52,842 nt of DNA from Methylotenera sp. (GTDB lineage Bacteria; Pseudomonadota; Gammaproteobacteria; Burkholderiales; Methylophilaceae), in contig JAIQBT010000064.1 in assembly GCA_020035195.1 (NCBI GenBank), positions 1 through 52,842 on the forward strand. Direction: 5' to 3'. The notes under the pieces are model-generated. The model had not been told where the DNA came from. It did not search any database and worked only from the letters and a program-made list of their open reading frames with translations. Below, piece by piece: positions 21,446 to 32,922 of the stretch. Positions within the stretch are counted from its first letter, which is position 1; each line of letters opens with the position of its first letter. The translations under genes and the position numbers were made by a program.

Positions 21446-23179
21446 ATGGGCACAAGCATGGAAAAAAGTTCTAAAAAAATTAGCGGCGCAGAAATTTTAA
21501 TACGCTGCTTGCACGAAGAAAACGTTGAATTCGTATTTGGCTACCCAGGTGGTGCCGTCTTGCACATTTACGACGCAATTTTTCATCAGGATAAATTTAA
21601 ACATATCTTGGTTCGCCATGAGCAAGCTGCGCTCCATGCGGCCGATGCTTACTCACGCTCAACAGGCAAAGTAGGCGTTGCATTGGTCACGTCTGGCCCA
21701 GGCGCAACCAATGCCATTACCGGTATCGCAACCGCCTACATGGACTCCATCCCCATGGTCATTATCAGCGGCCAAGTACCGACCTATGCCATAGGTGAAG
21801 ATGCATTTCAAGAATGCGACACCGTCGGCATTACCCGCCCATGCGTCAAACATAACTTTTTGGTCAAAGACGTAAAAGACATAGCTGCCACCCTAAAAAA
21901 AGCTTTCTACGTGGCTTCCAGTGGCAGACCTGGTCCAGTGTTAGTGGACATCCCTAAAGACATCACCGCTGACCTGCATTCATTTGACTACCCTGAAACG
22001 GTGCACTTGCGTTCCTACAACCCGGTTACCAAAGGGCATTTAGGACAAATCAAAAAAGCCTTGAAATTATTAACCGAAGCCAAACGGCCTATGGTGTATT
22101 CAGGCGGCGGCGTCGTACTGGGCGATGCCTCGGCCCATTTAATTAAGCTTATACAAGCGCTTGGCTTGCCCATCACCAGCACCCTAATGGGTTTAGGCGG
22201 CTTTCCTGCATCCGATAAAAAGTTTTTAGGTATGCTAGGCATGCACGGCACCTACGAGGCCAATATGGCCATGCAAGAATGCGATGTGCTGCTGGCTGTG
22301 GGTGCTCGATTTGATGACCGCGTGATCGGCAATACCGCGCACTTTTTATCCAACCCAAGAACCATCATACACATAGACATAGACCCCTCTTCCATATCAA
22401 AACGGGTGAAAATTGATGTGCCCATCGTCGGTGACGTGAAGTCTGTGCTGGCCGACATGAATGAGCTGATTGCAACGGAAAAACCACAGCAAAATACGGC
22501 CGCGCTGAATGCCTGGTTCAAACAAATAGACACTTGGCGTGATAAGAAATGTTTAAATTTTGCGCAAAGTGACGAATTCATCAAACCGCAATACGTGATA
22601 CAAAAACTGCATGAAGTGACTAAAGGCGAGGCCTTTGTGACATCCGACGTAGGTCAGCATCAAATGTGGGCGGCGCAGTATTACAAATTTAATGAGCCGC
22701 GCCGCTGGATTAACTCTGGTGGCTTAGGCACCATGGGCGTTGGCCTGCCCTACGCCATGGGCGTGCAGTTCGCTCACCCGAACGCGCAAGTTGCTTGCGT
22801 GACCGGCGAGGGCAGCATACAAATGAACATACAAGAACTTTCAACCTGCGCCCAATACCATTTGCCGATTAAAGTGATTATGTTGAACAACCGCTATTTA
22901 GGCATGGTGCGGCAATGGCAGGAGTTTTTCTACGAGAACCGCTATTCCGAATCGTACATGGACAGCTTGCCAAACTTTGTGAAATTAGCCGAAGCTTATG
23001 GCCATGTGGGCATGCAAATAACCCAGCCTGGTGATGTCGAAGCGGCCCTAAAAGAAGCATTTGCCATGAAATCACGCTTCGTCTTTATGGACTTTATCAC
23101 CGACCAAAAAGAGAACGTGTTCCCTATGATACAAAACGGCAAGGGCTTGTCTGAAATGATTTTAGCGGAGGACCTATAA
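21446..23179 (+). CDS. ilvI: acetolactate synthase large subunit
   Basis: [44 protein letters not shown]. Confidence 0.96.
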   Translation: MGTSMEKSSKKISGAEILIRCLHEENVEFVFGYPGGAVLHIYDAIFHQDKFKHILVRHEQAALHAADAYSRSTGKVGVALVTSGPGATNAITGIATAYMDSIPMVIISGQVPTYAIGEDAFQECDTVGITRPCVKHNFLVKDVKDIAATLKKAFYVASSGRPGPVLVDIPKDITADLHSFDYPETVHLRSYNPVTKGHLGQIKKALKLLTEAKRPMVYSGGGVVLGDASAHLIKLIQALGLPITSTLMGLGGFPASDKKFLGMLGMHGTYEANMAMQECDVLLAVGARFDDRVIGNTAHFLSNPRTIIHIDIDPSSISKRVKIDVPIVGDVKSVLADMNELIATEKPQQNTAALNAWFKQIDTWRDKKCLNFAQSDEFIKPQYVIQKLHEVTKGEAFVTSDVGQHQMWAAQYYKFNEPRRWINSGGLGTMGVGLPYAMGVQFAHPNAQVACVTGEGSIQMNIQELSTCAQYHLPIKVIMLNNRYLGMVRQWQEFFYENRYSESYMDSLPNFVKLAEAYGHVGMQITQPGDVEAALKEAFAMKSRFVFMDFITDQKENVFPMIQNGKGLSEMILAEDL

Positions 23180-23180
23180 C

Positions 23181-23687
23181 ATGGCGACCCAGTCTACCCG
23201 TCATATCATCTCGCTGCTGATGGAAAACGAATCAGGCGCCCTATCACGCGTGGCAGGCCTATTCTCAGCACGCGGCTACAACATTGAATCGCTAACGGTA
23301 GCTGCTACTGAGGATACAACCTTGTCTCGCATGACCATTGTGACCTCAGGCTCAGAAGCGGTGATAGAACAAATTATCAAACAATTAAACAAACTGGTGG
23401 ACGTGGTGAAAGTGCTGGATTTAAACGACGGCAAATTCATAGAGCGTGAATTAATGTTAGTAAAAGTTAAAGCCACCAGCGCGTTTAGAGAAGAAATGAA
23501 GCGTATGTGCGACATATTCCGCGGCCGTATTATCGATGTGGCCGACGGCAGCTTTACCATTGAGCTTACCGGCTCAGGCAATAAGCTCGATGCTTTCATC
23601 GACAGTTTAGATAAAGCGGCGATACTAGAAACCGTACGTACCGGCGCATCGGGCATAGGTCGAGGCGATAGAATTCTAAAAGTTTAA
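23181..23687 (+). CDS. ilvH: acetolactate synthase regulatory subunit
   Basis: ENESGALSRVAGLFSARGYNIESL ACT domain. Confidence 0.96.
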   Translation: MATQSTRHIISLLMENESGALSRVAGLFSARGYNIESLTVAATEDTTLSRMTIVTSGSEAVIEQIIKQLNKLVDVVKVLDLNDGKFIERELMLVKVKATSAFREEMKRMCDIFRGRIIDVADGSFTIELTGSGNKLDAFIDSLDKAAILETVRTGASGIGRGDRILKV

Positions 23688-23726
23688 GTTTTAAAAACCC
23701 CTTATATTTATTTAGCATTTGCATAG

Positions 23727-24758
<1,032 letters not shown>

Positions 24759-24788
24759 GGTGTTAATCGAGTCTGTAGACTTTAAGTT

Positions 24789-24821
24789 AGGCGGGCAGCT
24801 GATTAGGTGCCCGCCTTTTTT
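24789..24821 (+). terminator. Rho-independent terminator after ilvC
   Basis: AGGCGGGCA...TGCCCGCCT followed by a T-run. Confidence 0.8.
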
Positions 24822-24834
24822 ATTAGGAATTGCC

Positions 24835-25695
24835 ATGAACTTAACCGTGCTGTCTCAATACGTCATCCCCAAGCAAGCCATCACTGTGCTTGCCGGCAAG
24901 CTGGCCCACCTTGAAGGAGGCCGCTTAACTGCCGCAGTTATACGCTGGTTCGTGCAACGCTATCAAGTCAACATGGCGGAAGCACAGCAATCCAATATCG
25001 ACGCCTACAAAACCTTTAATGCATTTTTTACTCGGGCATTAAAACCGGGAGCGAGACCCATGGCGAGCGCGGATTTTATCAGCCCGGTCGATGGACGAAT
25101 TAGTCAGTTAGGCCGCATTGAAATCGATCAACTATTTCAAGCCAAAGGCCATACCTACTCAACGACGGCCTTATTGGGTGGCAATAAAAATTTGGCTAAG
25201 AAATTTGAAAATGGGCAGTTTGCATGCCTGTACCTAAGCCCAAAGGACTACCACCGCATCCACATGCCATGCGATGGCACCTTAAGAAGCATGACCTACG
25301 TGCCAGGCGCTTTATTCTCCGTCAACCCATGCACAGCGCAAGGCGTGCCCGGTTTATTTGCCCGCAATGAACGTGTGGTTTGTGAATTCAGCTCAGCCCA
25401 GCACGGATTATTCATCATAGTATTGGTAGGTGCCACAGTGGTGGGTAGCATGGCCACAGTTTGGCACACGAGCAAAAATGGCATCGTCAACCCACCGCGC
25501 AACCGCCAACCTAGATCTTGGTTTTACGACAATAAAAACATCAAGTTGCAACAAGGCGATGAAATGGGCCGGTTTTTATTGGGTTCCACGGTGGTGATGT
25601 TGTTTGAAAAAGACGCAGTCGCGTTTAATTCAGATTGGCAAACCGCGCGTGCTATCAACATGGGTGAGGTGATGGGAAACGGAAAAGCCGGCTAG
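24835..25695 (+). CDS. psd: phosphatidylserine decarboxylase proenzyme
   Basis: FNAFFTRALK, SPVDG, YLSPKDYHRIH, ARNERV, LGST self-cleavage motif; ATG 24835 after AGGA. Confidence 0.94.
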   Translation: MNLTVLSQYVIPKQAITVLAGKLAHLEGGRLTAAVIRWFVQRYQVNMAEAQQSNIDAYKTFNAFFTRALKPGARPMASADFISPVDGRISQLGRIEIDQLFQAKGHTYSTTALLGGNKNLAKKFENGQFACLYLSPKDYHRIHMPCDGTLRSMTYVPGALFSVNPCTAQGVPGLFARNERVVCEFSSAQHGLFIIVLVGATVVGSMATVWHTSKNGIVNPPRNRQPRSWFYDNKNIKLQQGDEMGRFLLGSTVVMLFEKDAVAFNSDWQTARAINMGEVMGNGKAG

Positions 25696-25715
25696 GCTTT
25701 TCTGTTAAATAATAG

Positions 25716-26201
25716 CTACTTGGCTGGATTGTGGTGCAGATGGGCAGCCAGTTCGTTCAGTGCGGATTCGTAAACGCCACGTTTAAACTCGATCACGTCT
25801 TCTAATGGCACCCAATACTCGGTCCAACGCCAAGCATCAAATTCAGGATGCTCACTCGCGCGCAAAGAGACATCGCTATCACGCCCCACCATACGCAGCA
25901 AATACCAAATTTGTTTTTGGCCTTTGTAACTGCCTCGATACTCGCGCTTAACCCAGGTGGACGGCACTTCGTACCTCAGCCAATCCTTGGTCCGGCCTAA
26001 AATTTGCACATGCTGTGGGGCAAGACCCACCTCCTCCATCAACTCCCGGTACATGGCCTGCTCTGGACTTTCGCCCTGATTAATGCCCCCTTGCGGGAAT
26101 TGCCAAGCATGCTCGCGAATACGCTTAGCCCAAAAAACCTGATTGTGGGCATTACATAAAATAATGCCTACATTCGGGCGAAACCCGTCTCGATCTAACA
26201 T
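25716..26201 (-). CDS. rppH: RNA pyrophosphohydrolase
   Basis: [42 protein letters not shown]. Confidence 0.97.
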   Translation of the reverse strand: MLDRDGFRPNVGIILCNAHNQVFWAKRIREHAWQFPQGGINQGESPEQAMYRELMEEVGLAPQHVQILGRTKDWLRYEVPSTWVKREYRGSYKGQKQIWYLLRMVGRDSDVSLRASEHPEFDAWRWTEYWVPLEDVIEFKRGVYESALNELAAHLHHNPAK

Positions 26202-26289
26202 ATGGTTATACTGCCTAAATTATTTAGTGCAATTTTTTCATATTTTGCACATTATTGAAAGCAAGCATTTGCGTATAATGGCTAAGCCC

Positions 26290-27294
26290 ATGAATATGCA
26301 ACCAATTAAAAATTTTAATCCTATGGCAAGTAGACTGGTTTTGCTATGCGGCATACTGTGCTGCGTAGTTTTCTCGGCGATGCCGATTTTAGCGCGCGAT
26401 ACAACCGCCTATGCCTACATTACCAATCAAGGTGAAGACACCGTATCTGTCATCGATACCGCAAAAAACAGCGTGATACAAACCATAGCCGTAGGCAAAG
26501 GTCCGGTTGGCATTGCCGTATCAACCGCCTTGCAACGGGCCTACATTACCAATGTTGAAAGCCAAGAAATCAGCATCATTAATACGCAAAGCAATGGCGT
26601 TATACAAACCCTAAAAATCAATGGCGCACCGGTTGGATTAGCACTATCGGCAGACAGCAACACGCTGTATGTGGCCGATTGGTTTGCCAACAAAGTCTTG
26701 GCCATCAACACCCAGCAAGCCAGAGTCGTGAGAGAACTTAATGTCGGCGATGCGCCAGCAGGTTTAGTGGTCAGCCCAGATAACAAATGGTTGTATATTG
26801 CCAACCGAGACAGCGATGATATCGCCATCGTTGACACCGCCACCTTAAGCATAAAGAAGCGCGTTAAAGTTGGCTCACACCCCTTTGGCTTATCCCTCAG
26901 CGGCAGTGGTAAATGGCTGTTAAGCGTCAACGTACGAGACGACAGCGTCAGCCTAATCAACACCAAAACATACAGTCAACAAACCATCAAAGTCGGCTAC
27001 CACCCATACTGCGCGGCCATTACTGCCGATGAAAAAATCCTCTTTGTCAGCAACACCCAAGACGACAGCGTGTCAGTGATAGACCTGGCGACAAATAAAA
27101 TTCTAAAAACCATTGCCGTGGGCAGTACGCCAGAAGGCATTAGCATAGATCCAATGACCCAACGCGCCTATGTCGCAAACTGGGGCAGCAACAATGTCAG
27201 CGTTATCGATAGTAAAAGTCTGCTAGTGATTGCTACAATCAAAACCGGTGAAAAAAGCCGTGCTTTTGGCCAGTTTATTTTGTCGCCCCGATGA
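26290..27294 (+). CDS. exported YVTN beta-propeller protein (MxaE-like)
   Basis: Signal-like N-terminus then about 7 repeats of Y(I/V)xN.....VSVID...I.VG..P.G; upstream of an MxaD-like gene; start uncertain (26290-26323). Confidence 0.8.
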   Translation: MNMQPIKNFNPMASRLVLLCGILCCVVFSAMPILARDTTAYAYITNQGEDTVSVIDTAKNSVIQTIAVGKGPVGIAVSTALQRAYITNVESQEISIINTQSNGVIQTLKINGAPVGLALSADSNTLYVADWFANKVLAINTQQARVVRELNVGDAPAGLVVSPDNKWLYIANRDSDDIAIVDTATLSIKKRVKVGSHPFGLSLSGSGKWLLSVNVRDDSVSLINTKTYSQQTIKVGYHPYCAAITADEKILFVSNTQDDSVSVIDLATNKILKTIAVGSTPEGISIDPMTQRAYVANWGSNNVSVIDSKSLLVIATIKTGEKSRAFGQFILSPR

Positions 27295-27359
27295 GCTGAT
27301 TGGCTGATTTAAGCAAACCCATGGGCTGCGCCGTGTTTCTAAAAACCTAGGATCTCCAT

Positions 27360-27410
27360 TATAATAAGAGCTTGTTTTAATCAATTACTCTCAGCCTGAG
27401 AGTCACGGAG
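27360..27410 (+). promoter_or_regulatory. -10 box, leader hairpin and RBS of mxaD-like gene
   Basis: TATAAT at 27360-27365; ACTCTCA-gcc-TGAGAGT hairpin just before GGAG. Confidence 0.45.
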
Positions 27411-27419
27411 AAAGAAAAG

Positions 27420-27956
27420 ATGAAAAAGATTTTAGCCCTACTTGCACTTAGCTTAAGCATCAGCTTATTGCCTAACCTAGCCAGCGCGCACGGCCCCTCA
27501 CCTCAAAAAATTGAAAAAACTGTAACGATTAAAGCCGACCCAGCTAAGGTTTGGGCTACCGTTAAAGACTTCGGCACCGCGCACCAATGGCTACCAGGCG
27601 TTGCTAGCACAAAATTAGAAAAAGTCGGCGAAGACACGTTCAGAACCCTGACTTTTAAAAGCGGTGGCAACGTCTACGAAAAATTACGTAGCATCGATAA
27701 CGACAGCATGCGCATGAAATACGAAATCGTTTCCGGCACCTTACCTTTGACTGATTTCAATGGCAGCATGACCGTAACCAAAGGTCCTGGCGCCGGAGAA
27801 GCCACCGTGACTTGGGTGGGCCGCTTTTACCGTTTATACAAATTGAACCCACCCATTCCTGAGGGTCAAGACGACGCGACAGCCGTTAAAGCCATCACCG
27901 ACATTTTTGATGCGGGCTTAGCTAATTTGAAAAAAGTAGTGGAAGCCGCGAAATAA
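27420..27956 (+). CDS. mxaD: periplasmic SRPBCC protein, MxaD family (methanol dehydrogenase accessory)
   Basis: Signal peptide ending ASA|HGPSPQK (MxaD mature start HGP..QK), KVW...DF...W, C-terminal FYR...NPP...DDATAVKAITDIFDAGL. Confidence 0.75.
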   Translation: MKKILALLALSLSISLLPNLASAHGPSPQKIEKTVTIKADPAKVWATVKDFGTAHQWLPGVASTKLEKVGEDTFRTLTFKSGGNVYEKLRSIDNDSMRMKYEIVSGTLPLTDFNGSMTVTKGPGAGEATVTWVGRFYRLYKLNPPIPEGQDDATAVKAITDIFDAGLANLKKVVEAAK

Positions 27957-28000
27957 CAATTTCGCAAGAACCCAATTTTATTCAACCAAAACAGCAGCCG

Positions 28001-28045
28001 ATAGGGTACTAAGCTCATCATTGATATTAGTAGCTTAGTGCCTAT
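28001..28045. repeat. imperfect inverted repeat between mxaD and pilA stub
   Basis: ATAGG-G-TACTAAGCT...AGCTTAGTG-CCTAT. Confidence 0.6.
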
Positions 28046-28098
28046 AAATTAATACTCCTAACGTTTAAAGCTTACTTACTATTGAAGAATGAATATCA

Positions 28099-28191
28099 AT
28101 GAAAAAACAACAAGGTTTCACGCTGATTGAATTAATGATATTGGTGGCTATTATTGGCATCTTAGCTGCGATTTTAATGACCAAACCCTAA
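28099..28191 (+). pseudogene. pilA: type IVa major pilin N-terminal stub
   Basis: MKKQQG|FTLIELMILVAIIGILAAI-LMTKP*: prepilin cleavage/N-methyl motif intact, stops before the expected AIP.Y..Y; AT-rich upstream region. Confidence 0.9.
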
Positions 28192-28210
28192 GTCGGTTTG
28201 GCGCTTTTTT
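28181..28210 (+). terminator. terminator-like hairpin overlapping end of pilin stub
   Basis: CCAAACC-ctaagtc-GGTTTGG-cgc-TTTTTT. Confidence 0.6.
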
Positions 28211-28225
28211 AGATTTACAAATCCC

Positions 28226-28903
28226 ATGCATAACCAAACCCCTCTAGAATTAGTCAGAGGCAACAGCAAATCCATCCATGCCAGCGTGATTTGGCTGCAC
28301 GGCTTAGGTGCAGATGGCTTCGATTTTGCACCCATAGTAGAGAAATTGAATTTAGCGCAGGTTCGCTTTATTTTGCCGCACGCACCGGCCATGCCCGTGA
28401 CACGAAATAATGGCTACGTCATGCCGGCCTGGTACGATTTATACCATCCCAGTGAGCCCCAACAAGAAGACCTGGCCGGCATACTCCACAGTGAAAAATA
28501 CCTAAGCAGCCTAATCCAAAATGAGCTGGATCGAGGCATAGCCAGCGATAAAATTGTCCTGGCTGGCTTTTCGCAAGGCGGCGCCATCGCCTTGCATACG
28601 GCTGCACGCTACCCTCATACACTGGCCGGTGTGCTGGCACTTTCTACCTACCTGCCCCTTAAATCTGCGTTGGCGACAGAAGCCTCTAAAGCCAATCTCG
28701 CTACACCCATATTCATGGCGCACGGCAGCCATGATGACATCATCAGCATGGAAAAAGCGCAGTTGTCACGCCTAACTTTGCAACAAGCAGGCTTTAACGT
28801 GATTTGGCATGAATACGCCATGGCGCATAATGTTTGCGCAGAAGAAATTAATGACATACGCCTATTTTTACAAGGGCTTTTGCAGCAAGATTTGGTAGAA
28901 TAA
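28226..28903 (+). CDS. carboxylesterase / phospholipase (alpha/beta hydrolase)
   Basis: VIWLHGLGADG, MPAWYD, GFSQGG nucleophile, HGSHDD, MAH. Confidence 0.92.
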   Translation: MHNQTPLELVRGNSKSIHASVIWLHGLGADGFDFAPIVEKLNLAQVRFILPHAPAMPVTRNNGYVMPAWYDLYHPSEPQQEDLAGILHSEKYLSSLIQNELDRGIASDKIVLAGFSQGGAIALHTAARYPHTLAGVLALSTYLPLKSALATEASKANLATPIFMAHGSHDDIISMEKAQLSRLTLQQAGFNVIWHEYAMAHNVCAEEINDIRLFLQGLLQQDLVE

Positions 28904-28930
28904 GCACTGTGCAAACTAGGCAAGGCCATC

Positions 28931-29206
28931 ATGACCACAACAACCGCTAAATCCAGCAACAGGGAGCAACCATTGAATGCGCAAGCAGGCAAAATCCCGC
29001 TTAATTTTGAGCAAGCTTACACAGAATTAGAGCAAATTGTGACGCAAATGGAGTCCACTCAACTGCCTTTAGATGCTACGCTGGCCGCGTATCAGCGCGG
29101 CAATGGCTTATTGCAATTTTGCCAACAATCCTTGCTCGCGGCTGAACAACAAGTGCAAATTTTAAATGAGCGTAACCAGTTGCTCCACTACACCAGCCAA
29201 GATTGA
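28931..29206 (+). CDS. xseB: exodeoxyribonuclease VII small subunit
   Basis: FEQAYTELEQIVTQME...L...YQRG..L...CQQ.L..AEQQV; xseB-ispA-dxs order. Confidence 0.93.
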   Translation: MTTTTAKSSNREQPLNAQAGKIPLNFEQAYTELEQIVTQMESTQLPLDATLAAYQRGNGLLQFCQQSLLAAEQQVQILNERNQLLHYTSQD

Positions 29207-29211
29207 TAGCC

Positions 29212-30135
29212 ATGTCCAGACTCAGCAGCCTTGATCAGGCCAAACAAACATTTCCAGACTGGGTGGCCGGCAAGCAGCAGCGTATCGAAGACCTGCTTGA
29301 TCTATGCCTACCCAATGCCAACATAGCGCCGACCAGACTGCACAGCGCTATGCGCTACAGCGCATTGGATGGCGGGAAACGCGTACGTGCTCTGCTTTGC
29401 TATGCGGCGGCTGAATTGTGCGCATGCGAGCCCAAGATCGCTGATGCGGCGGCTTGCGCTGTCGAGCTGATACATGCCAACTCCTTGGTACACGATGACA
29501 TGCCTTGCATGGACGATGACGATTTAAGGCGAGGCAAAGCCAGTTGCCACAAACAATACGACGACGCGACCGCCTTATTGGTGGGGGACGCCTTACAGAG
29601 CTTAGCCTTTGAAGTCATATCGCAAGCCCAGATTTACGCCGACAGCCAACTGAACGCTAGCCAACAAATGAGTTTAGTCTACCTATTGGCTAGCGCCGCG
29701 GGTTCCACCGGCATGGCGGGTGGGCAAGGTATTGACTTAGCCTCGGCAGGGAAATCGCTCAGCCAAACCGAGCTTGAAACCATGCATCAAATGAAAACCG
29801 GCGCCCTCATTCAGGCGTCCATCTTGCTTGGGGCGATCAGCGCGCCCAAGTCGGATTTAGCCACCATAAAACAGTTTGCCATTATCATAGGCCTGGCTTT
29901 TCAAGTCGTGGACGACATACTCGACGTGGAGGCTGATAGCCTTACCTTAGGCAAAACGGCAGGCAAAGACGCCGACAACAACAAACCGACTTACGTCACT
30001 ATTTTAGGCTTAGACGCTGCCAAGCAACACGCGCGTGCGCTCTACGAACAAGCCATCAATGCTCTTGCCCCATTGGGCGAGCAGGCACAACGTTTAAGAG
30101 AGCTGGCGGGCTACATTACCCAGCGCAGTTTTTAA
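29212..30135 (+). CDS. ispA: polyprenyl diphosphate synthase (IspA locus)
   Basis: GGKRVR, HDDMPCMDDDDLRRG (FARM), GGQGID, KTGAL, FQVVDDILD, GKTAGKD. Confidence 0.94.
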   Translation: MSRLSSLDQAKQTFPDWVAGKQQRIEDLLDLCLPNANIAPTRLHSAMRYSALDGGKRVRALLCYAAAELCACEPKIADAAACAVELIHANSLVHDDMPCMDDDDLRRGKASCHKQYDDATALLVGDALQSLAFEVISQAQIYADSQLNASQQMSLVYLLASAAGSTGMAGGQGIDLASAGKSLSQTELETMHQMKTGALIQASILLGAISAPKSDLATIKQFAIIIGLAFQVVDDILDVEADSLTLGKTAGKDADNNKPTYVTILGLDAAKQHARALYEQAINALAPLGEQAQRLRELAGYITQRSF

Positions 30136-30187
30136 TCACATTGGGCTTAGTTAACATCAAGTAGCCAGCAATTTAGGAACCCCTCAG

Positions 30188-32059
30188 GTGACGCCATTAC
30201 TAGACAGCATCAACAGCCCCTTGCAGCTTAAGCCATTAAACCGCAAGCAACTCAAAGCCTTGGCTTTGGAGTTGCGGGCATTCATTGTAGACAGCGTGGC
30301 CAAAACCGGCGGGCATCTGGCCTCTAATTTAGGCGTAGTGGAACTCACCATAGCCTTGCATTATGTGTTTAACACCCCAAACGACAGATTGGTGTGGGAC
30401 GTAGGCCACCAAACCTACCCGCATAAAATACTCAGCGGCAGACGCGAAGCCATGGCCAATTTGCGCAAAGAAAAAGGCATCGCCGGCTTTCCTAGACGCA
30501 GCGAGAGTGCGTACGATGCGTTTGGCACCGGCCATTCCAGCACCTCAATTTCCGCCGCCTTAGGCATGGCCGTCGCCGCGCAAAAAGCCGGCCTAGAGCG
30601 TCGCGCCGTGGCCATTATTGGGGATGGCGCGATGACCGCTGGTATGGCCTTTGAGGGTTTAAACAATGCCGGCAGCATGGATGCTAATTTGCTGGTCATC
30701 CTTAATGACAACGACATGAGTATTTCCAACAATGTAGGCGCCTTAAACAATTACCTATCGAAATTACTTTCCAGTCGCTTTTACGGCGTAATCAAAAAGT
30801 CCGGGAAAAAAATATTGTCTGCCATGCCGCCCGTAATGGAATTTGCTAAGCGTGCTGAAGAGCACGTCAAAGGCATGGTGTTACCCAGCACTTTATTTGA
30901 GGAATTTGGCTTTAATTACATAGGCCCCATCGATGGCCATGACCTGGATACTTTGATAGACACCCTGCAAAATATCAAGCAATTAAAAGGGCCGCAATTC
31001 CTGCACATTGTCACGCAAAAAGGCAAAGGTTTTGAACCGGCAGAACACGACCCCAACAAATTTCACGGCATAGGTAAATTTGATCCCTGCAATGGCGACC
31101 TGCTTGCCAATGCCGGCAAAAAAACCTACACTCAAGTGTTTGGCGAATGGCTGGTTGACATGGCGGCTAAAGACGAACGTCTTATTGGCATCACCCCGGC
31201 CATGTGCGACGGTTCTAGCCTCAATGCTTTTGCAGAAAAATACCCCAGCCGTTACTTTGATGTGGGCATCGCGGAACAGCATGCCTTAACCTTTGCCGCC
31301 GGCATGGCTTGCGATGGTTTAAAACCGGTGGTGGCCATCTACAGCACCTTCCTGCAGCGCGCTTACGACCAACTGGTGCACGACATTGCCTTGCAAAACT
31401 TACCGGTATTGTTAGCCATTGACCGGGCCGGGCTGGTTGGTGCCGACGGCCCCACCCATGCCGGCAGTTTTGACTTGAGCTATTTAAGGTGCATCCCCAA
31501 TGTGGTCATCATGGCGCCTAGCGATGAGAATGAATGTCGGCAAATGCTCTACACCGGCTACCAATACGAAGGCGTGGCAGCGGTGCGCTACCCCCGCGGT
31601 AGCGGTACAGGGGCTACTGTTGAGCAGACCATGCAGGCCATCCCCATAGGCACAGCCGAAATAAAGCGCCTTAGTTCGGCAAAAAAACCCAAACAAAAAA
31701 TTGCGATTTTAAGTTTTGGCAGCATGCTGAACGCATGCATGCAAGCCGGTAAAAAACTGGATGCGACCGTAGTCAATATGCGCTTTGTTAAACCTATCGA
31801 TCATGCATTGCTAGCAAAGCTGGCCAAAGACCATACGCTGTTCGTCACGGTTGAAGAGAACGCAGTCATGGGCGGCGCAGGTACAGCCGTGCTTGAAGCG
31901 CTGCAATGCCTGCAGAAAAAAGACAGCCCGTCAGTTAAAACATTATGCCTGGGATTGCCTGATGCTTTTATTGAGCATGGCGTGCATGAAACCATGTTGG
32001 CGGAATGCGGTCTTGATGCTGAAGGCATTAGCCGCGCAATTGCGCAGCTAATAACCTAG
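30188..32059 (+). CDS. dxs: 1-deoxy-D-xylulose-5-phosphate synthase
   Basis: [27 protein letters not shown]...NDN, IAEQH, DGPTH. Confidence 0.97.
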   Translation: MTPLLDSINSPLQLKPLNRKQLKALALELRAFIVDSVAKTGGHLASNLGVVELTIALHYVFNTPNDRLVWDVGHQTYPHKILSGRREAMANLRKEKGIAGFPRRSESAYDAFGTGHSSTSISAALGMAVAAQKAGLERRAVAIIGDGAMTAGMAFEGLNNAGSMDANLLVILNDNDMSISNNVGALNNYLSKLLSSRFYGVIKKSGKKILSAMPPVMEFAKRAEEHVKGMVLPSTLFEEFGFNYIGPIDGHDLDTLIDTLQNIKQLKGPQFLHIVTQKGKGFEPAEHDPNKFHGIGKFDPCNGDLLANAGKKTYTQVFGEWLVDMAAKDERLIGITPAMCDGSSLNAFAEKYPSRYFDVGIAEQHALTFAAGMACDGLKPVVAIYSTFLQRAYDQLVHDIALQNLPVLLAIDRAGLVGADGPTHAGSFDLSYLRCIPNVVIMAPSDENECRQMLYTGYQYEGVAAVRYPRGSGTGATVEQTMQAIPIGTAEIKRLSSAKKPKQKIAILSFGSMLNACMQAGKKLDATVVNMRFVKPIDHALLAKLAKDHTLFVTVEENAVMGGAGTAVLEALQCLQKKDSPSVKTLCLGLPDAFIEHGVHETMLAECGLDAEGISRAIAQLIT

Positions 32060-32104
32060 TGTTATACTCAAGTATTATCAGCTAAACGCCAACCAGGATA
32101 AGTA

Positions 32105-32914
32105 ATGACTCAAGCTACGCCCACCTGCCCCATTGAAGACGTACAAAATACCGTAGACACACGCCATATCGCCATCGATAAAGTCGGTATCAAAGCCATA
32201 CGCCACCCCATCGTTGTCAAAGACAAATCCGCCGGCGAGCAACACACCATAGCCTTGTTCAATATGTACGTGCACCTGCCACAGCAGTTTAAAGGCACGC
32301 ACATGTCACGCTTTGTTGAAATACTCAACATCAATGAACATGCGATTTCAGTGGAATCGTTTGAAACCATATTGCGTGAAATGGTCAAGCGGCTGGAAGC
32401 AGAATCCGGTCACGTGGAAATGACCTTCCCGTATTTTGTTAACAAAGCCGCGCCTATTTCTGGTGTGAAAAGCTTGCTGGATTACGAAGTAACCTTTATA
32501 GGCGAAATAAATAAAAATAAATTCGACATTACCGTAAAAGTATTGGTGCCGGTGACTAGCTTATGCCCGTGTAGCAAAAAAATATCGGACTATGGCGCGC
32601 ACAACCAGCGCAGTCATGTCACGGTCACCGCACTGATCAATGATTTCATTTGGATAGAAGACATCATCAACTTGGTTGAAAAACAAGCCTCTTGCGAACT
32701 GTATGGCTTGTTAAAACGCCCGGATGAAAAATTTGTCACCGAGCGTGCTTACGATAACCCTAAATTTGTGGAAGACATGGTTAGGGATGTGGCGGCACAA
32801 CTGTCGGCAGAAAAGCGTATCGTCGCTTACACGGTCGAAAGTGAAAACTTCGAGAGCATACACAACCATTCTGCTTACGCCCTGATCACCCACGACAAAC
32901 GCCAATCAGCCTAA
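32105..32914 (+). CDS. folE2: GTP cyclohydrolase IB
   Basis: [44 protein letters not shown]. Confidence 0.96.
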   Translation: MTQATPTCPIEDVQNTVDTRHIAIDKVGIKAIRHPIVVKDKSAGEQHTIALFNMYVHLPQQFKGTHMSRFVEILNINEHAISVESFETILREMVKRLEAESGHVEMTFPYFVNKAAPISGVKSLLDYEVTFIGEINKNKFDITVKVLVPVTSLCPCSKKISDYGAHNQRSHVTVTALINDFIWIEDIINLVEKQASCELYGLLKRPDEKFVTERAYDNPKFVEDMVRDVAAQLSAEKRIVAYTVESENFESIHNHSAYALITHDKRQSA

Positions 32915-32922
32915 GCCTATCC

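Noticed and set aside
26400-27260. Repeated DNA motifs in the YVTN gene as a nucleotide repeat array
   Set aside because: They are degenerate protein-level beta-propeller blades.
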